From Polyangiales bacterium (lineage in GTDB: Bacteria > Myxococcota_A > Polyangia > Polyangiales > Houyiibacteriaceae), in the NCBI GenBank assembly GCA_045106895.1, contig JBGCFM010000128.1, positions 1-15,670 on the forward strand: DNA of 15,670 bases. The letters are read 5' to 3'. The notes under the pieces are model-generated. The model searched no databases, was not told where the DNA came from, and worked only from the letters and a program-made list of their open reading frames with translations. The translations under genes were made by a program, and so were the position numbers. Position 1 is the first letter of the stretch, and the number at the start of each line of letters is the position of its first letter. Shown here piece after piece: positions 13,453 to 15,670 of this stretch.

Positions 13453-14880
13453 TTACTTGCCGCTGCGCATCTTGAGAATCTTCGCGAAGGAACGCGTCTG
13501 AATCTCTTCGAGGGTCAGGCCGGTGACGGCGAGCTCCTCCAAGGAAACTGCGCCGCTGCTGAGGCCGCGGAGGAAGTAGTTGAGCAGACCCTGGCCCGTG
13601 GCTGCGTCGTCGAAGACATCGCCAACGAGGGTAGCCTGGCCGGCTTTGTCCATGAAGTTCGCGAGGCGTTCCGCGGCGGCGGCGAAGCCTTCGAGGAAGA
13701 ACGCGTAGGACGCGGCGTAGCGCACAGGAATCTGTCCGGGGTGAAGGTCCCAGCCCTGGTAGAAACCGTTGATGAGCGCGTGGCGAATGTGGCCCGCGGA
13801 GATGGCCCAAGAGCCGTGCACGGCGGCGCGGTTCTCGGCTTCTTGCTCGGGCGTGAGGGATTCGCCCTTAGGCGCGCGGTGTGGACCGACGGGCATGATG
13901 TTCGTCGCACCATCCGAGAGCCAGACGCCGGTGTTGGCGTAGCTGATCTTCATCATGTGAAGCGCAAAGTCGCAGGCCGGGTGAATGATGGCCTGGTAGG
14001 CGGCGGTGATGCTGCAGCTGGCGGTGTAGTCGTAGGTGCCGAAGTGGGCGGCAACGCAGCGACCCTTCGCAGCCTTGTGGAGCTTCGGCAGCATGGACTG
14101 ACCGTCGGCATCAAAGATGCTCTGCGTGAGCTCGATCATGAGCTCGAGCTTGAGCAAGCCTTCGTCCATGCCGAGCTTCTTCTCAAGAGCTTCGAAGAGC
14201 GTGACGAGCGTGCTGACCTGCTCAGGGATTGGAATCTTCGGAAGCGTGACGACGAAGTTGTCCGGCAGCTTGCCGGCCTCGGCCCAGAGCGTGCTGATGA
14301 AGATGTCCAAGGTGCGCACGGAGCGCGCCTTGAGCTCGTCGTTGAGTGGCTTGATGCGGATGCCGATGAACGGAGGCGCGATGCCTTCCTTCATGGCCTT
14401 GGCGAGCTCCTTGGCGGTGCGCTCGGCGGTGGCGTCCTCTTCGTCGTCGGGGCGGTTGCCGAATCCGTCTTCGAAGTCGATGCGGAAGTCTTCCACGGCT
14501 TCGCGTTCAAGCTTCGCGCGGGTTCGTTTGAAGACGGTGCACGCGAGCCAGAGTTTCGGCGCGCGTTCTTGAAGGGCGCTGGGGTCCTTCTCGTACTCGG
14601 CGAGGATCGCGTCGGCGTTCTCTGGAATGGCGTCCAAGATTCCGAGGGCGTGGCAGAACTCGAAGGCGTTGCCGCCGTAGGTGTCGAGAGAGCGTACGGC
14701 GAGCTGACCTAGCTTCTGCGTCGTCGTCGACTTGTAGAGCTGCGCGCCGCCGTAGACGGTGTGCACGGGCTGACGGTCGGGGCGGTCGCCGGGGTAGTCG
14801 AGGGCCCAAGCGGCGTTTGCTTTGCCGAGCGAATCGAGCGCGGCCTTCTGGTCTTCAAAGAGTGTGCTGATGGTGGTCAT
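13453..14880 (-). CDS. DUF6986-family HpcH/HpaI aldolase-citrate lyase (CitE/malate synthase-like) TIM-barrel enzyme
   Basis: Family-type N-terminus YPG...RQPVHTVYGGA; CitE-like motifs RIDFEDG, GIRIK, TLPK, ELMIE, HFGTYDY, QGWDLHPGQI; C-terminal DDAAT. Its start lies 2 nt after the uraH stop. Confidence 0.8.
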   Translation of the reverse strand: MTTISTLFEDQKAALDSLGKANAAWALDYPGDRPDRQPVHTVYGGAQLYKSTTTQKLGQLAVRSLDTYGGNAFEFCHALGILDAIPENADAILAEYEKDPSALQERAPKLWLACTVFKRTRAKLEREAVEDFRIDFEDGFGNRPDDEEDATAERTAKELAKAMKEGIAPPFIGIRIKPLNDELKARSVRTLDIFISTLWAEAGKLPDNFVVTLPKIPIPEQVSTLVTLFEALEKKLGMDEGLLKLELMIELTQSIFDADGQSMLPKLHKAAKGRCVAAHFGTYDYTASCSITAAYQAIIHPACDFALHMMKISYANTGVWLSDGATNIMPVGPHRAPKGESLTPEQEAENRAAVHGSWAISAGHIRHALINGFYQGWDLHPGQIPVRYAASYAFFLEGFAAAAERLANFMDKAGQATLVGDVFDDAATGQGLLNYFLRGLSSGAVSLEELAVTGLTLEEIQTRSFAKILKMRSGK

Positions 14881-14882
14881 GA

Positions 14883-15221
14883 TCAGGAGCCTCGGTAGGT
14901 GGAGTAGCCATAGGGGTTGAGGAGAAGGGGGACGTGGTAGTGCTCGTCGGTCGCTTCGACGCGGAAGACCACGGGTACTTGTGGGTAGAAGCCGCGCTGG
15001 CCGTTCTTTTCGAGGTACTCCTCGACGAAGAAGGTGATGCGGTAAGTGCCGGCCTTGAGGGAACCGGGCTCGAGGAGGTCGGTGATGCGTCCGTCGTCGT
15101 CGGTGACTCCGGCGCCGATCTCAGTCGGCGCGCCGTCGAGGGACTCGAGGGTGATGCGGACGCCGGCGGCGGGGCGGCCGATGGCGGTGTCGAGGACATG
15201 GGTCGTGATGGGGCTCTTCAT
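14883..15221 (-). CDS. uraH: 5-hydroxyisourate hydrolase (transthyretin-like)
   Basis: ITTHVLDT..GRPA.GV, TDDDGR, FYP, HYHVPLLLNPYGYSTYRGS with the diagnostic C-terminal YRGS; 112 aa with no signal peptide. Confidence 0.97.
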   Translation of the reverse strand: MKSPITTHVLDTAIGRPAAGVRITLESLDGAPTEIGAGVTDDDGRITDLLEPGSLKAGTYRITFFVEEYLEKNGQRGFYPQVPVVFRVEATDEHYHVPLLLNPYGYSTYRGS

Positions 15222-15241
15222 GGGTCTCTTTGTCTCGGGGC

Positions 15242-15670
15242 TTACTCTTCTTCGGCGAGTTTCTGTAGTCGAATCCGGGTGATCTTCGCCTGTTCGCCTG
15301 CGGCGATGGCGAGTTCATCGGCGTGCTCGCCTGGTAGGCGTTCGTTCAAGAGGGCAAGCATCTCTGCGGCGCTTTTTCCTGTCGCGCAGACGATGAAGAT
15401 GTGACCAAAGCGCTCTTCGAAGGCGACGTTTCCGTCACGAAGGGCTACCAGCGTTGCCTCTTGGGCTTCCTTGACGCCGGCCTGTTCGTCGCCGGACCAA
15501 TCGAGGTCTCCCTTCGTACCGAATTTTTCGCGCAGTGCTTCGATGCTCGACCCGATGCGCGGGTGATGCGTGAAGGCTTCGAGGATGTCGGCGCGTTCCA
15601 TCGTCGCCCAGGCATCGTCAGCACGCGTGAATACCGCGTCGTCATCCGCAAAGGGGCGGGACGCGAGCAT
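15242..15670 (-). CDS. uraD: OHCU (2-oxo-4-hydroxy-4-carboxy-5-ureidoimidazoline) decarboxylase, 5'-truncated by the window edge
   Basis: RPF, EAF.HHPRIG, S..EQAGV, N..FEERFGHIFIVCATGKS, EQAKI..IRL motifs; adjacent to uraH. Confidence 0.95.
   Translation of the reverse strand: MLASRPFADDDAVFTRADDAWATMERADILEAFTHHPRIGSSIEALREKFGTKGDLDWSGDEQAGVKEAQEATLVALRDGNVAFEERFGHIFIVCATGKSAAEMLALLNERLPGEHADELAIAAGEQAKITRIRLQKLAEEE

Noticed and set aside
13444..14712. 422-aa + strand ORF
   Set aside because: Antisense shadow of the DUF6986 gene. Long stop-free antisense frames are expected with GC-rich codon bias, and it has no recognisable motifs.

Overview
GC-rich, gene-dense bacterial window. The Cys-rich lipoproteins, DAG/DGG linkers, GKAD motif and MopE-type repeats suggest Myxococcota, probably Polyangia/Sandaracinaceae-like (inference). 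The + strand carries six genes: a 5'-truncated secreted protein with a putative papain-like Cys-His domain and a PPC domain; a membrane protein with two tandem FBXL4-N/discoidin-like domains; a stand-alone FIST protein; an FG-GAP beta-propeller lipoprotein; a dual-specificity phosphatase with a CUE/UBA-like tail; and a PPC-domain lipoprotein. The - strand carries a uric-acid catabolism operon (uraD, uraH, DUF6986 CitE/malate-synthase-like gene), a C-type-lectin lipoprotein, a TPR protein and a small membrane protein. A degenerate RHS-core remnant lies in the 9.2-9.3 kb intergenic gap. I saw no RNA genes, CRISPR arrays or intact mobile elements. All domain calls come from motif recognition by eye, not from database searches.
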